From an uncultured Hyphomonadaceae bacterium (lineage in GTDB: Bacteria > Pseudomonadota > Alphaproteobacteria > Caulobacterales > Hyphomonadaceae), in assembly GCA_964625835.1 (NCBI GenBank), contig CAZVES010000001.1, positions 1 to 56,784 of the forward strand: a stretch of DNA of 56,784 nucleotides. Direction: 5' to 3'. The notes below the pieces were generated by a model. It made no database searches. It had not been told where the DNA came from and saw nothing but the letters and a program-made list of their open reading frames with translations. Below, one piece after another: positions 1 through 10,513 of the stretch. Numbering within the stretch: the first letter of the stretch is position 1; each line of letters begins with the position of its first letter. The position numbers and the translations under genes were made by a program.

Positions 1-709
1 CGCCCACCGCATCGATCAGGTCGAACGCATCGGCCGAGGTCTCCGACGTTGTCAATGCCGCCACCAGCGCATTGGGATCAGCGCCCAGATTCGCCACCGT
101 GTGGGCGTAGAGGTTTGTGATGCCTGTCGTCACATCTCCATACATGCCGGCATTCACAGCGGTGGCGTAGGGCGCCAGGGAAATGCGCACCTTGCCAGCG
201 CCGCTCACGGGGATCAGGGTGTCTATGAGGCTATTGGCGGATGCCTTGAGGTCGGTCAGGCGTTGGCCGCGCATGGAACCGCTGACATCCAGCATGAGCG
301 CCACTTCGATCAGTTCCGAGCCATAGGCCGCGCTGGCCGCCGGCGTCACGGTCATGGTGTCTTTGCCCACAAGCGTTGAAAACGACAGCGGCATGTCGCA
401 GGCGACCGAACCGGTGATGGTTTGCGCCACGGTATCGGGAATGAAGACAGGCGTCGCGCAACTGTTCGTTATGCTGAGCGCCAACATGTTGGCTTCAAAA
501 ACCTGCTCGCCTGTGGCCTTTGCAGCATTGGCATCCGCACCATTGGCAAGGTCGACTGCGGCGGCGATCAAAGCCGAGTCAAGCGCATTCGAAATATGCA
601 TATCCGATGTGTTGGCCCGCGACAGGTCAATCGCAATGCCTATGACCAGAACGAGGGGGACCGCAGCGACCCCCGTGAGCATGGCGATGTTACCCTTGTT
701 TTCAGTCAT
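1..709 (-). CDS. TadG-like pseudopilin/pilus-assembly protein with von Willebrand factor A domain (N-terminal part; gene runs off left edge of window)
   Basis: Absent from the ORF track because there is no stop in the window. Hand translation of the minus strand from ATG 709-707 gives MTENKGNIAMLTGVAAVPLVLVIGIAIDLSRANTSDM..., a TadG/TadE-type N-terminal hydrophobic segment. Further on it reads ...EVALMLDVSGSMRGQRL..., the DxSxS MIDAS motif of vWA domains. The frame stays open to position 2. Confidence 0.6.
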   Translation of the reverse strand, partial: MTENKGNIAMLTGVAAVPLVLVIGIAIDLSRANTSDMHISNALDSALIAAAVDLANGADANAAKATGEQVFEANMLALSITNSCATPVFIPDTVAQTITGSVACDMPLSFSTLVGKDTMTVTPAASAAYGSELIEVALMLDVSGSMRGQRLTDLKASANSLIDTLIPVSGAGKVRISLAPYATAVNAGMYGDVTTGITNLYAHTVANLGADPNALVAALTTSETSADAFDLIDAVG

Positions 710-846
710 GAACCGGCGCAGCAATGGATTGACCCCTCGAATTTAACCTTTGGGCACCGTTACCCCGTTGCGGTTCCATTCCCGGAAAGATGACCGTTGA
801 TTTTGTGATGAGCCGCGAAAGGGGCTGTTTACCCCAATTGGCGCGC

Positions 847-2097
847 TCAATCGGGTACGGTCTGGTTCAGGGCCAAGACGTCGCCGGCAAGGTAGAGTGA
901 GCCGCAGATGAGGATGCGGTCGGGGCCTGTGGACGCGGCTGCCTCCAGGGCGGGGCGGAAACCGGCATGGGCTGTTGCTTCGAGGCCTGCGTCGCAGGCG
1001 GCTTCGGCCAGTTCGCCGGGGTCCTTGCCGATGTGGCCCTCGCTGTTGGGGCAGGTGTGGACCCATTCGGCGCGCCCGGCAAAGGGCTGGAAGAAACCCA
1101 CCGCATCCTTACTCGCCATCATGGCGCTGACCAGGGCGAGGCGGCCGGGCATCCCGCCGAGCACATCCGAGACAGCGCGCGCCGCATGGGGATTGTGCCC
1201 GCCATCGAGCCAGACCTCGGCCCCGCCGACCATCTGCGTCACCGGGCCGGGCGCAAGCCGCTGCAGCCGGGCGGGCCAGACCGCGCTGGCCGCGCCCCTC
1301 GCAATGGCTGCGGGGGTGATTCTGGGGTGGCCCCAGAGCGCGAGCGCCTTCGCTGCGAGGGCCGCATTGGCCCGCTGGTGCGCGCCTTTCAGCGACAGGG
1401 CCCCCGGCATGGCCGCGATGTCTTCATTGGCGAGCCAGTGCAGCGGCGCGCCAAGCATTTCCGCTTCTGCCGCGATGACCCCCGCTGCTTCGGGGCGCTG
1501 GATCGCGCTGGCCACCGGCACGCCGGTTCGGATGATGCCGGCCTTCTCCCCCGCGATTTCCTCCACCGTGTCGCCGAGGAACTGCTTGTGGTCGATGTCC
1601 ACCGGGCAGATGACCGAGACCACCGCCGTGGGGATGACGTTCGTGGCGTCATAGCGCCCGCCCAGGCCCACTTCGAGGATGAGCAGGTCAGCCGGTGTTT
1701 CGGCGAAGGCCAGGAGCGCGGCCGCCGTCGTCGCCTCGAAATGGGTGATCTGGCCCCCGCCGAGGGCGGCCTTCACGCGCTCCAGCGCATCGGCGAAAGC
1801 GTCGTCCTCAATGAGGCGGCCAGCCAGGCGCACGCGCTCATTGAAGCGCACAAGATGGGGCGAGGTGAAAACATGCACGCTGAGGCCTGCAGCTTCGGCC
1901 ATGGCGCGCAGGAAGGCGCAGGTGGAGCCCTTCCCGTTGGTCCCCGCCACATGGATGACGGGCGGCAGGCGGTGATGGGGGTTGCCCAGCGTCTCCAGAA
2001 GACGTTCGATCCTGCCAAGGGAGAGCTCGATCTCGTTGGGGTAGTGGCCTTCAAGTGCAGCGAGGGCGCTCGCAAGCCGACCGGGCGCAGCGCTCAA
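847..2097 (-). CDS. folC: bifunctional folylpolyglutamate synthase / dihydrofolate synthase
   Basis: 416-aa ORF with the Mur-ligase P-loop HVAGTNGKGST and an overall FolC-like sequence. Its start overlaps the accD stop by 4 nt. The trpA-accD-folC order is typical of alphaproteobacteria. Confidence 0.9.
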   Translation of the reverse strand: MSAAPGRLASALAALEGHYPNEIELSLGRIERLLETLGNPHHRLPPVIHVAGTNGKGSTCAFLRAMAEAAGLSVHVFTSPHLVRFNERVRLAGRLIEDDAFADALERVKAALGGGQITHFEATTAAALLAFAETPADLLILEVGLGGRYDATNVIPTAVVSVICPVDIDHKQFLGDTVEEIAGEKAGIIRTGVPVASAIQRPEAAGVIAAEAEMLGAPLHWLANEDIAAMPGALSLKGAHQRANAALAAKALALWGHPRITPAAIARGAASAVWPARLQRLAPGPVTQMVGGAEVWLDGGHNPHAARAVSDVLGGMPGRLALVSAMMASKDAVGFFQPFAGRAEWVHTCPNSEGHIGKDPGELAEAACDAGLEATAHAGFRPALEAAASTGPDRILICGSLYLAGDVLALNQTVPD

Positions 2098-3074
2098 TCG
2101 GCGCTCTCCTCGGGATCGGGCTTGGTGTCCACATCAGCCGCCGGGGCGGTCAGGTTGGGCGTTTCCCGGTCGCTGGCGCGGCGCAATTTCGGCATCAGGT
2201 GGCCGAGCACGCGCGCCACGGTGGCCTTCAGTTCGCGCCGGTCCGCAACGATATCCACCTGGCCCTTTTCCAGTAAAAACTCGGATCGCTGAAAGCCTTC
2301 AGGCAGCTTCTCACGGATGGTCTGCTCGATCACTCGGGGGCCGGAAAAGGCGATCATCGCCTCGGGCTCGGCAATGTGCACGTCGCCCAGCATGGCATAG
2401 GAGGCTGACACGCCGCCGGAGGTGGGGTCTGTCAGCACCACAACATAGGGCAGGCCCGCTTCCTGGACTTCGTCGATCGCCAGGGTCGTGCGCGGCATCT
2501 GCATCAGGCTGAGCGTGCCTTCCTGCATGCGCGCGCCGCCAGACGCTGTGCAGACCACCAGTGCAGCCTTGCGCGCAACGGCCAGCTGGGCGGCGGTGAT
2601 GAAAGCCTCGCCAGCTGCCATGCCGAGGGAGCCGCCCATGAAGGCAAAGTCCTGCACAAGCACCACGGTCGGTATGCCGTTGATCTTGCCGAAGGCTGCG
2701 GCCATGCAATCGTCCTGCGACACGGGCGCGCCGCCATTGATGGTCTCTTCTTTCTCTCTTGCGGCAATCTTGGTTTTCGCGGCCTTGATTCGCGTCGGAT
2801 AAGGTTTGTCGTCGCGGAATCTCAGGGGGTCGGCCTGGACTTCGGGCAGGGCGATGGGCTCCCATTGCTCTTCATCGAAGAACAGGCGGAAGCGGCGGCG
2901 CGGCGAGATGCGCAGGTGTGCGCCGGCCGGGGTGACATACCAGCTCTCTTCCAGGTCGCTGCGATAGACGAGTTCGCCGCTCTTGGGGCATTTTACCCAG
3001 AGATTTTCCGGCGTTTCCTTCTTGCCGAGCCATGTCTTCAGGCCGGGCGGGCTGAAATTCGTGAGCCAGTTCAT
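2094..3074 (-). CDS. accD: acetyl-CoA carboxylase carboxyltransferase beta subunit
   Basis: 326-aa ORF beginning MNWLTNFSPPGLKTWLGKK...WVKCPKSGELVYRSDLE, with the carboxyltransferase core (...SGGARMQEGTLSLMQM...). It sits between trpA and folC. Confidence 0.9.
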   Translation of the reverse strand: MNWLTNFSPPGLKTWLGKKETPENLWVKCPKSGELVYRSDLEESWYVTPAGAHLRISPRRRFRLFFDEEQWEPIALPEVQADPLRFRDDKPYPTRIKAAKTKIAAREKEETINGGAPVSQDDCMAAAFGKINGIPTVVLVQDFAFMGGSLGMAAGEAFITAAQLAVARKAALVVCTASGGARMQEGTLSLMQMPRTTLAIDEVQEAGLPYVVVLTDPTSGGVSASYAMLGDVHIAEPEAMIAFSGPRVIEQTIREKLPEGFQRSEFLLEKGQVDIVADRRELKATVARVLGHLMPKLRRASDRETPNLTAPAADVDTKPDPEESAD

Positions 3075-3089
3075 ACAACGTGTCCTGCT

Positions 3090-3926
3090 CTAGGCATCTG
3101 CTTTTGAGGCGGCCCCCGCAATCGCCTCGCTCAGTGTCTTGGCCAGTGTGCCCATCCCCTCCGGCGCATCGGAATACCGCCCTGTCTCAACGGCCCTGGC
3201 GGCGTGTTCCACGAATGCAGAGCCCACGACCACCCCATCGGCTATTTGTGCCATCTCCGCGGCCTGGGCGCCAGTGCGAACCCCAAATCCGACGCAGACC
3301 GGCAGCCCGCTTGCCTTGCGCACCGCGTCCACTTTTGGCGCGATATCGGCCGGGTTGGCCGCGCCCGCGCCGGTCACGCCGGCTACGGAAACAAAATAGA
3401 CAAAGCCCGATGCGCCCTGGGTCACGGCCCTGAGGCGTGCCTGCGTGGTCGTCGGCGTGGCCAGCCGGATGACGGAAATCTCGCGCGCCGAGAGGGCCTC
3501 GCGCAGGGGGCCGTCCTCTTCCGGCGGCAGGTCGACCATGATCACGCCGTCAATGCCGGCCTCGCTGGCGGCGTCGGCGAAGGCCTCAAAGCCCATATGG
3601 TGGATCGGATTGGCATAGCCCATCAGGACCAGCGGCGTGTCAGCGTCGCTCACGCGGAACCGGGCGGCGAGGGCGAGCACGTCCTTCAGCTTGGTTCCGG
3701 CCTTGAGGCTGCGCTGCCCAGCACGCTGGATCGACGGGCCATCGGCCATCGGATCGGTGAACGGCGCGCCGAGCTCGATGATGTCGGCCCCATTGCCCGC
3801 CAGCGCCTGCATGGCCGCAAAGCTGGTCTCTAGGTCGGGATCGCCCGCCATGAGATACGCCACCAGCGCGGCGCGGCCTTCGGCCTTCGTCTTGTCAAAA
3901 CGGGTTGTGATACGGGCAGTTGTCAA
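3090..3926 (-). CDS. trpA: tryptophan synthase alpha chain
   Basis: 278-aa ORF with TrpA motifs (...ELGAPFTDPMADGPSIQ..., ...VGFGV...). The first codon is TTG (3926-3924) and overlaps the TGA of the upstream ORF (TTGA). No in-frame ATG lies near the expected N-terminus. Confidence 0.9.
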   Translation of the reverse strand: MTTARITTRFDKTKAEGRAALVAYLMAGDPDLETSFAAMQALAGNGADIIELGAPFTDPMADGPSIQRAGQRSLKAGTKLKDVLALAARFRVSDADTPLVLMGYANPIHHMGFEAFADAASEAGIDGVIMVDLPPEEDGPLREALSAREISVIRLATPTTTQARLRAVTQGASGFVYFVSVAGVTGAGAANPADIAPKVDAVRKASGLPVCVGFGVRTGAQAAEMAQIADGVVVGSAFVEHAARAVETGRYSDAPEGMGTLAKTLSEAIAGAASKADA

Positions 3927-4318
3927 GGTCGTGTGTCGCTTGGCGGGTCGAAGCTCAGGGGCGGGGGAGGCTGTGGGTTACGCTTTCGCATGATCTGCGT
4001 AAAGCCCTGCATCAGGTGATCTGCAATGAGTGCGACACCAGCAGCCAAGTTATGCCAGAGCGAGCGCTGCAAGAGGTCGATCATGTCGGAGAAGTTCACC
4101 CGCGTGCCGATGGCGCTGTCGAAGAACATGATGGTGATAATGCCATAGGAGCCGAGCGCGCCATAATAGATCGCCGCAGCGAGGTTCAGCAGGGCAAAGG
4201 CCTTCAGCGCCCAGGGCTTGTGGAAGTGGCCGATGTCCTCATCGGTCAGCAGCGCGCGCCGGGAGGGCTTTTCTCCGTCGGCGGTTTTCTTGCGGTTCTC
4301 GAACAGGACTAGGCGCAT
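3923..4318 (-). CDS. small hypothetical membrane protein inserted between cutA and trpA
   Basis: The ORF-track entry is 3923..4378. I prefer ATG 4318-4316 (MRLVLFENRKK...), which clears the cutA stop. Hydrophobic stretches are present (WALKAFALLNLAAAIYYGALGSYGIITIMFF; LWHNLAAGVALIADHL), followed by a Pro-rich tail. I recognise no family. Its stop overlaps the trpA start. Confidence 0.5.
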   Translation of the reverse strand: MRLVLFENRKKTADGEKPSRRALLTDEDIGHFHKPWALKAFALLNLAAAIYYGALGSYGIITIMFFDSAIGTRVNFSDMIDLLQRSLWHNLAAGVALIADHLMQGFTQIMRKRNPQPPPPLSFDPPSDTRP

Positions 4319-4344
4319 GGCAGACCCCGGCTTTGGGCGGATTT

Positions 4345-4670
4345 TCAGCCCGGCAGGGCGGTGTTGTCCATCACCCATTGCACATAGTCAGTGTTCGAGC
4401 GCGCCACAGGCAGGGCGAGAATGGCGGGCACGTCATGGGGATGGTGCTGGCGGACAAGTGCCTCGATGGCGTCAAACGCCTCGGCCTGCGCCTTGATCCA
4501 GAGCACCCATTCCTCCCCTTGCTCGACCGTGCCCTGCCAAGTGTAGGTCGCGGTGATGGGACCCTGGAGGTTCGTACACGGCGCCAGCTTGGCCGCGATG
4601 AGCGCATCGGAAATCGCGTCGGCCGTATTGCGATCAGGGCAGTTCACGCGAATGAGGTTGAGGTCTTGCC

Positions 4671-4674
<4 letters not shown>
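4345..4674 (-). CDS. cutA: divalent-cation tolerance protein CutA
   Basis: CutA1-like sequence (...[29 protein letters not shown]...[20 protein letters not shown]...). I place the start at ATG 4674-4672, which overlaps the trpB TGA 4673-4671 (ATGA). The ORF-track start at 4731 would overlap trpB by 61 nt. Confidence 0.75.
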
Positions 4675-5882
<1,208 letters not shown>

Positions 5883-5916
5883 AGGAACGAAGCCCCAATT
5901 CAATTAAGCCTCATGG

Positions 5917-5988
5917 TGAGCGAAGACGAACCAGAGGCAGGCCAGGGGAGGAAGTGCTCCCGAATTCATCACCCTTCGTCTTCGCTCA
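5917..5988. repeat. perfect 14-bp inverted repeat (TGAGCGAAGACGAA ... TTCGTCTTCGCTCA) with 44-nt spacer in the trpF-trpB intergenic region
   Basis: Read directly from the sequence: arms at 5917-5930 and 5975-5988 are exact reverse complements. Confidence 0.8.
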
Positions 5989-6032
5989 GGGTAAAGTCTG
6001 GATGTGTGGTTAGAGAAGGAGCGTCGCGCCGT

Positions 6033-6662
6033 CTAGGTCGCCTTCGCCGCAGCCAGGAAGGCCGCCATCAGTTCGGCCGATTTCCAGCCCTTCAGCTTTT
6101 CCACGCCGCTTGAAACGTCCACCGCCTCTGCGCCGGTCTCGGCGATCGCTTCGGCCACGTTTTGCGGTGTCAGCCCGCCCGCCAGCAGCCAGGGTTTCGG
6201 CGCGGCCCAGCCCGCAAGGATCGACCAGTCGAACGCCCTGCCATGTCCGCCGGAATAGGTCGAGCCTGCCGGCGGCCTCGCATCGATCACGAAACGGTCT
6301 GCCGCCCCATATTGAAAGAGTGCATCGACGTCCTCGCGGACCGATACGCCTACCGCCTTCCAGATTTCGCGCCCGGTGCGCGCCTTGATCTCGGCGACGC
6401 GGGCGGGCGTCTCGGCCCCGTGCAGCTGGAGTACCGGAAAGTCGAGCGCCACCAGCGCGTCCATCTCGCCATCGCTCGCATCGGCCACCAGCGCCACGGG
6501 AACGGCCCCGCGCAGCTGGAGCAGCAGCGAGGCGGCCGCCTCCGGCGTGACGTATCGCGGGCTCGCCGCCACGAAATTGAAGCCGATCCAGTCGGCCCCG
6601 CCTGTCGCGGCGCGGCGCACCATGTCGCCATCCTTCAGCCCGCAGATCTTGACCTTCGTCAT
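6033..6662 (-). CDS. trpF: N-(5'-phosphoribosyl)anthranilate isomerase
   Basis: MTKVKICGLKDGDMV... N-terminus, PRAI-like throughout. ATG 6662-6660 overlaps the stop of the upstream AbgT-family gene (ATGA). The longer ORF-track start at 6752 lies inside that gene. Confidence 0.85.
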   Translation of the reverse strand: MTKVKICGLKDGDMVRRAATGGADWIGFNFVAASPRYVTPEAAASLLLQLRGAVPVALVADASDGEMDALVALDFPVLQLHGAETPARVAEIKARTGREIWKAVGVSVREDVDALFQYGAADRFVIDARPPAGSTYSGGHGRAFDWSILAGWAAPKPWLLAGGLTPQNVAEAIAETGAEAVDVSSGVEKLKGWKSAELMAAFLAAAKAT

Positions 6663-8281
6663 GGGCTTGCCGCCGGGCCCTGGCCGATGGCGTCCACGTC
6701 GAAATAGGTCGGTGATCCCGGCCCGACGGGAAGGTCCAGGCCGAAGGTCCACAGGAAGAAGAAGAGCGACCAGAGCAGGATGAAGAACATGGAGTAGGGC
6801 AGCATCATCGCGATGAGTGTGCCGACGCCGAGATCCTTGTCATAGCGCGCGGCCCAGGCGAGGATCAGGCCGAAATAGCTCATCATCGGCGTGATGATAT
6901 TGGTCGTGGAGTCCCCGATCCGGTAGGCGGCCTGGATCACTTCCGGGCTGTAGCCGATCAGCATCAGCATGGGCACGAAGATCGGCGCCGTCACCGCCCA
7001 CTGGGCAGACGCGGACCCCAATGAAAGGTTGATCAGCGCGCAGACCAGGATGAAGCCGAAGAATAGCATCGGCCCGGTCATGCCGCTTTCCTGCAGGAAA
7101 TTCGCGCCGGTAACGGCCGTGATCGCGCCAAGGTTCGTCCAGCCGAAGAATGCGACGAACTGGGCCGCGAAGAAGACCAGCACGATGTAGAGCCCAAGGG
7201 AGGAGATCGCCCCGGCCATGGCGTCGATCACATCCCGGTCGCCCTTCATCGTGCCCGCCGCGCGGCCATAGGCGTAGCCCGTGACCATGAAGAAGATCAG
7301 GATCCAGACCACAAAGCCCCGGAAGAAGGGCGAGCGCATCTGGTCGCCGGTCACCGGGTCGCGCAATATGCCCCATTCCGGAAGCAGCGTCAGCGCCATG
7401 GCTGCCAGCACGCCGAGAAGGGCGATCCCGGCCCAGATGAGGCCTTTCTTCTCATTCGGCTTGAGAGGCTCCATCATCCGGTCGTCAAGGATGGTCTCAT
7501 CGGCCCGCGAGCTGTCATACTTGCCGAGCTGGGGCTCCACGATGAAGATTGATACCGCCGAACCGATCGCCGTGATCAGGAAGGTCGAGCCCACCATGAA
7601 GTACCAGTTGGCCGTGGCCGCCACAGTGTAGGTCGGGTCGATCAGCTGGGCCGCTTCCTCGGTGATGCCCGCGAGCAGTGGGTCGATGGTGCCGATCAGG
7701 AGGTTGGCGCTGTAGCCGCCCGAGACGCCTGCAAAGGCCGCTGCCATGCCCGCAAGCGGGTGACGGCCGAGGGCATAGTAGATCGCCGCGGCCAGGGGGA
7801 TGAGCACCACATAGCCGACCTCTGAGGCCGTATTCGAGACGATCCCCGCAAACACGATGGCCACCGTCACCATGTGCTTGGGCGCGCCCAGCACCATGCC
7901 GCGTACCGCAGCGGAAAGCAGGCCGGATTTCTCCGCCACGCCCACGCCGATCATGGCGACCAGCACCACGCCGAGCGGCGCAAAGCCGGTGAAATTGTCC
8001 ACCAGCCCGGTGAAGATGCGGCGAACCCCGTCGGCATTCATCAGGCTGACGGCGCGGATCATGCCGTCTTCGGCAACCCCGGACGCCCCGGCCGGGCGCG
8101 GATCCTCCACCGCCAGCCCCATCCAGCCGAACAGGCCCGACAGGAGCACGATGCCAAAGGCCAGGTACGCAAACAGCGTGACCGGATGTGGCAGGAGGTT
8201 GCCGAGCCATTCGACCCCGTCGAGGAAGCGGGTGAATGCATTCTTGCGCGGCGCCGCATCCTGTCGCGTCGTATCGGTCAT
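6659..8281 (-). CDS. AbgT-family (p-aminobenzoyl-glutamate/antimetabolite) transporter
   Basis: Polytopic membrane ORF of about 540 aa with an AbgT-like N-terminus (...FTRFLDGVEWLGNLLPHPVTLFAYLAFGIVLLSG...). I prefer ATG 8281, which has AGGAG 6 nt upstream, over 8305. Confidence 0.8.
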   Translation of the reverse strand: MTDTTRQDAAPRKNAFTRFLDGVEWLGNLLPHPVTLFAYLAFGIVLLSGLFGWMGLAVEDPRPAGASGVAEDGMIRAVSLMNADGVRRIFTGLVDNFTGFAPLGVVLVAMIGVGVAEKSGLLSAAVRGMVLGAPKHMVTVAIVFAGIVSNTASEVGYVVLIPLAAAIYYALGRHPLAGMAAAFAGVSGGYSANLLIGTIDPLLAGITEEAAQLIDPTYTVAATANWYFMVGSTFLITAIGSAVSIFIVEPQLGKYDSSRADETILDDRMMEPLKPNEKKGLIWAGIALLGVLAAMALTLLPEWGILRDPVTGDQMRSPFFRGFVVWILIFFMVTGYAYGRAAGTMKGDRDVIDAMAGAISSLGLYIVLVFFAAQFVAFFGWTNLGAITAVTGANFLQESGMTGPMLFFGFILVCALINLSLGSASAQWAVTAPIFVPMLMLIGYSPEVIQAAYRIGDSTTNIITPMMSYFGLILAWAARYDKDLGVGTLIAMMLPYSMFFILLWSLFFFLWTFGLDLPVGPGSPTYFDVDAIGQGPAASP

Positions 8282-8634
8282 CTCTGTCTCCTGATCGCCA
8301 GCCATTTGTCGGGCAGGCGCGATTTGTCTCCAATTCCGGGAGTTACGTCCAGCCTCGCGGGTGCCAACGGCCTTGCCGAAACGTCGGTTCTGTTCAGTCC
8401 GTATGTCCGGCTTTCGCCAGCTTTATCGATGTCGAAACCGGCTTTCCGGTTGCCGTGGACCATGCCCGCGAAAAGCTCACGGCGAAACGCGGCGGCGGCG
8501 AGCAGAACCTCACCCTCGATGAGAAGACATCATTGTTGCCGGAGTTCAATGCAACTCCCGAGCAGATTGTCATCCGGCTTGCTTGGCCCGGTTTGCAGAT
8601 GGCCTCAGGCCGTTTTCGCCGAGGCGGGCAACGC

Positions 8635-9255
8635 TTAGCTGGCAGGTCCTGTTGAAACGGCCACCATGGCTGCGCGCAGGGTCCGCTGGCCGATTTTCCA
8701 GCCGGACTGGAAGCATTCGGCAATGGTGTCCTTCGGCTGGTCTGAGGGAACCTGGCTGACCGCCTGGTGCAGGTTGGGATCAAACGCTGCACCGGGTGCG
8801 GCATCAATGGCCGTCACGCCATGGCGCGCCATGACTGTGTGCAGCTCCTTCCGGGTCATCTCGATGCCACCCATCAGGCTCTGGCCACCCTCGCTCAGGC
8901 TCGCACGTGTGTCCGCGTCCAGAGCGTCCATGGCGCGTGTGAGATTGTCCGACACCGAGAGCAGGTCGCCGGCAAACCGCTCAATCGCGAAGACCCGGGC
9001 ATCGGCCACCTCCTTTGCCGCGCGCTTCTTGATGTTGTCCACCTCGGCGATGGAACGCAGGAGTTTGTCCTGCAACTCGCCCCTTTCAGCCCGCAGGTCG
9101 GCCAGCTGTTCTTCGAGGGTCGGCTCGGCCGGGGCTTCAACTTCGGCATCGGGCCCTGCGCCATCGGCCTGGTCGGCTTCGCCTGGCTCGGCGGTCTCGG
9201 CGATTTCGGGGGCTTCGGTCTCGTTCGTCTCGCCGGGTTTGATGTCTTCACTCAT
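8635..9255 (-). CDS. grpE: nucleotide exchange factor GrpE
   Basis: 206-aa ORF with an acidic N-terminus and a GrpE core (...RAAKEVADARVFAIERFAGDLLSVSDNL...). It overlaps the hrcA stop by 4 nt. Confidence 0.9.
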   Translation of the reverse strand: MSEDIKPGETNETEAPEIAETAEPGEADQADGAGPDAEVEAPAEPTLEEQLADLRAERGELQDKLLRSIAEVDNIKKRAAKEVADARVFAIERFAGDLLSVSDNLTRAMDALDADTRASLSEGGQSLMGGIEMTRKELHTVMARHGVTAIDAAPGAAFDPNLHQAVSQVPSDQPKDTIAECFQSGWKIGQRTLRAAMVAVSTGPAS

Positions 9256-10343
9256 CCGCGTTCATCCTTTCCGCGCCCATGGCCCAGGATACGGCTCACC
9301 ACTTTTGCGGTGTAGTCGACCATGGGGATCACACGGGCATAGTTCAGGCGCGTCGGGCCGATCACCCCGAGCGCACCAATGACTTGTTTCTGGGCATCCA
9401 TATAGGGGGCCACGATCACGCTTGAACCCGAAAGCGGGAACAGCCGGTTTTCAGAACCTATGAAGAGGCGCACGCCTTCGGCTTCGCGGGTCTGGTCCAG
9501 AATGTCGAGCATCGACTGCTGGCGCTCCAGCACATCGAAAAGCTGGCGCACACGGTCCAGGTCTTCGGCGGCCTCGGCATCCTCGAGCAGGTTTGCCTGG
9601 CCTTTCACGATCAGGCGCGATTCACTTGCCTCGGCGGCCCCGCCCCATTCGGCCAGTCCCTGCTTCACAAGCGCGGATGCGGCCTCGTCCAGGGCGGCCC
9701 GGCGCTGGTCCAGTTCGGCCTGTATCTGGCCCTGGGCCTCTGAAAGCGTGCGGCCTTTCATGCGTGTGTTCAGGTAATTTCCTGCCTCGATCAGTGATGT
9801 GACCTGAAAGCCGGGCGGCAGGGTCACCAGGCGGTTTTCCACATCGCCGTCTTCGGTGACCAGGACGCAAAGGGCATCGCCCGTCGACAGGGGGACAAAC
9901 TCCACGTGACGCACGGGCGCATCGCGCGTGGGGGCGGTCACCAGCCCAGCGCCCCTGGCGACTCCCGAGAGGAGTTGTGAGGCTTCGCCCAGAACAGACT
10001 TCAGGTCCCGGCCGGCCTGGCCCAGCCGGGCTTCGATCTCTTCCCGGTCGGCCTCTCCGGGCTCGCCGGTTTCGAGGAACCCATCCACGAACAGCCGCAG
10101 GCCCGCATGGGTCGGCAGGCGACCAGCGGAAATGTGCGGCGCACTGATCAGGCCCATATCCGACAGGTCCGACATGACATTGCGTATGGAGGCCGGCGAC
10201 AGCGATATGCCCGAGCGCGACAGGGTTCGCGAGCCCACCGGTTCGCCCGTTTCCAGATAACTCTCGACAATCGTTCGAAAGATGTCGCGCGAGCGCGCAT
10301 CGAGCGCCTGCATCAGGGACTGTGTTGCCGGTGTCTTTGCCAT
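9252..10343 (-). CDS. hrcA: heat-inducible transcription repressor HrcA
   Basis: 363-aa ORF with the N-terminal winged-helix region ...IFRTIVESYLETGEPVGSRTLS.... The hrcA-grpE order is as expected. Confidence 0.9.
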   Translation of the reverse strand: MAKTPATQSLMQALDARSRDIFRTIVESYLETGEPVGSRTLSRSGISLSPASIRNVMSDLSDMGLISAPHISAGRLPTHAGLRLFVDGFLETGEPGEADREEIEARLGQAGRDLKSVLGEASQLLSGVARGAGLVTAPTRDAPVRHVEFVPLSTGDALCVLVTEDGDVENRLVTLPPGFQVTSLIEAGNYLNTRMKGRTLSEAQGQIQAELDQRRAALDEAASALVKQGLAEWGGAAEASESRLIVKGQANLLEDAEAAEDLDRVRQLFDVLERQQSMLDILDQTREAEGVRLFIGSENRLFPLSGSSVIVAPYMDAQKQVIGALGVIGPTRLNYARVIPMVDYTAKVVSRILGHGRGKDERG

Positions 10344-10513
10344 CGTTGCTAGGGAGTAAGTAGCCCCCGCGTCCTTTTCAAGTCGCCTTGTCGGCCAGCC
10401 AGCGCGATTGCTGAAGGCCGGGTAAACGGCGAAGGCCGAACCTGATGGCGCGCGTCAATCCAAAGGACAGGTGCAGCCTGTAAGCATGGTGCGAATTTGC
10501 TGCGGGCAGTTGC

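Noticed and set aside
967-2292. 441-aa plus-strand ORF across folC/accD
   Set aside because: It is antisense to two well-supported genes and has a low-complexity R/G/A-rich translation. It is a GC-driven open frame.
8590-8634. Hairpin GCCTCGGC...GCCTGAGGC just downstream of grpE as a terminator
   Set aside because: The stem needs a bulge and has no following U-tract on the minus strand. It is not convincing enough to list as a feature.
10344-10513. Searched for a CIRCE element (TTAGCACTC-N9-GAGTGCTAA) and an RpoH-type promoter upstream of hrcA
   Set aside because: There is no CIRCE-like inverted repeat. Only a loose CTTGAA-N16-CTTACT (10382-10355, minus strand) is present, and it would leave almost no leader or RBS before the ATG at 10343. 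That is too weak to call.
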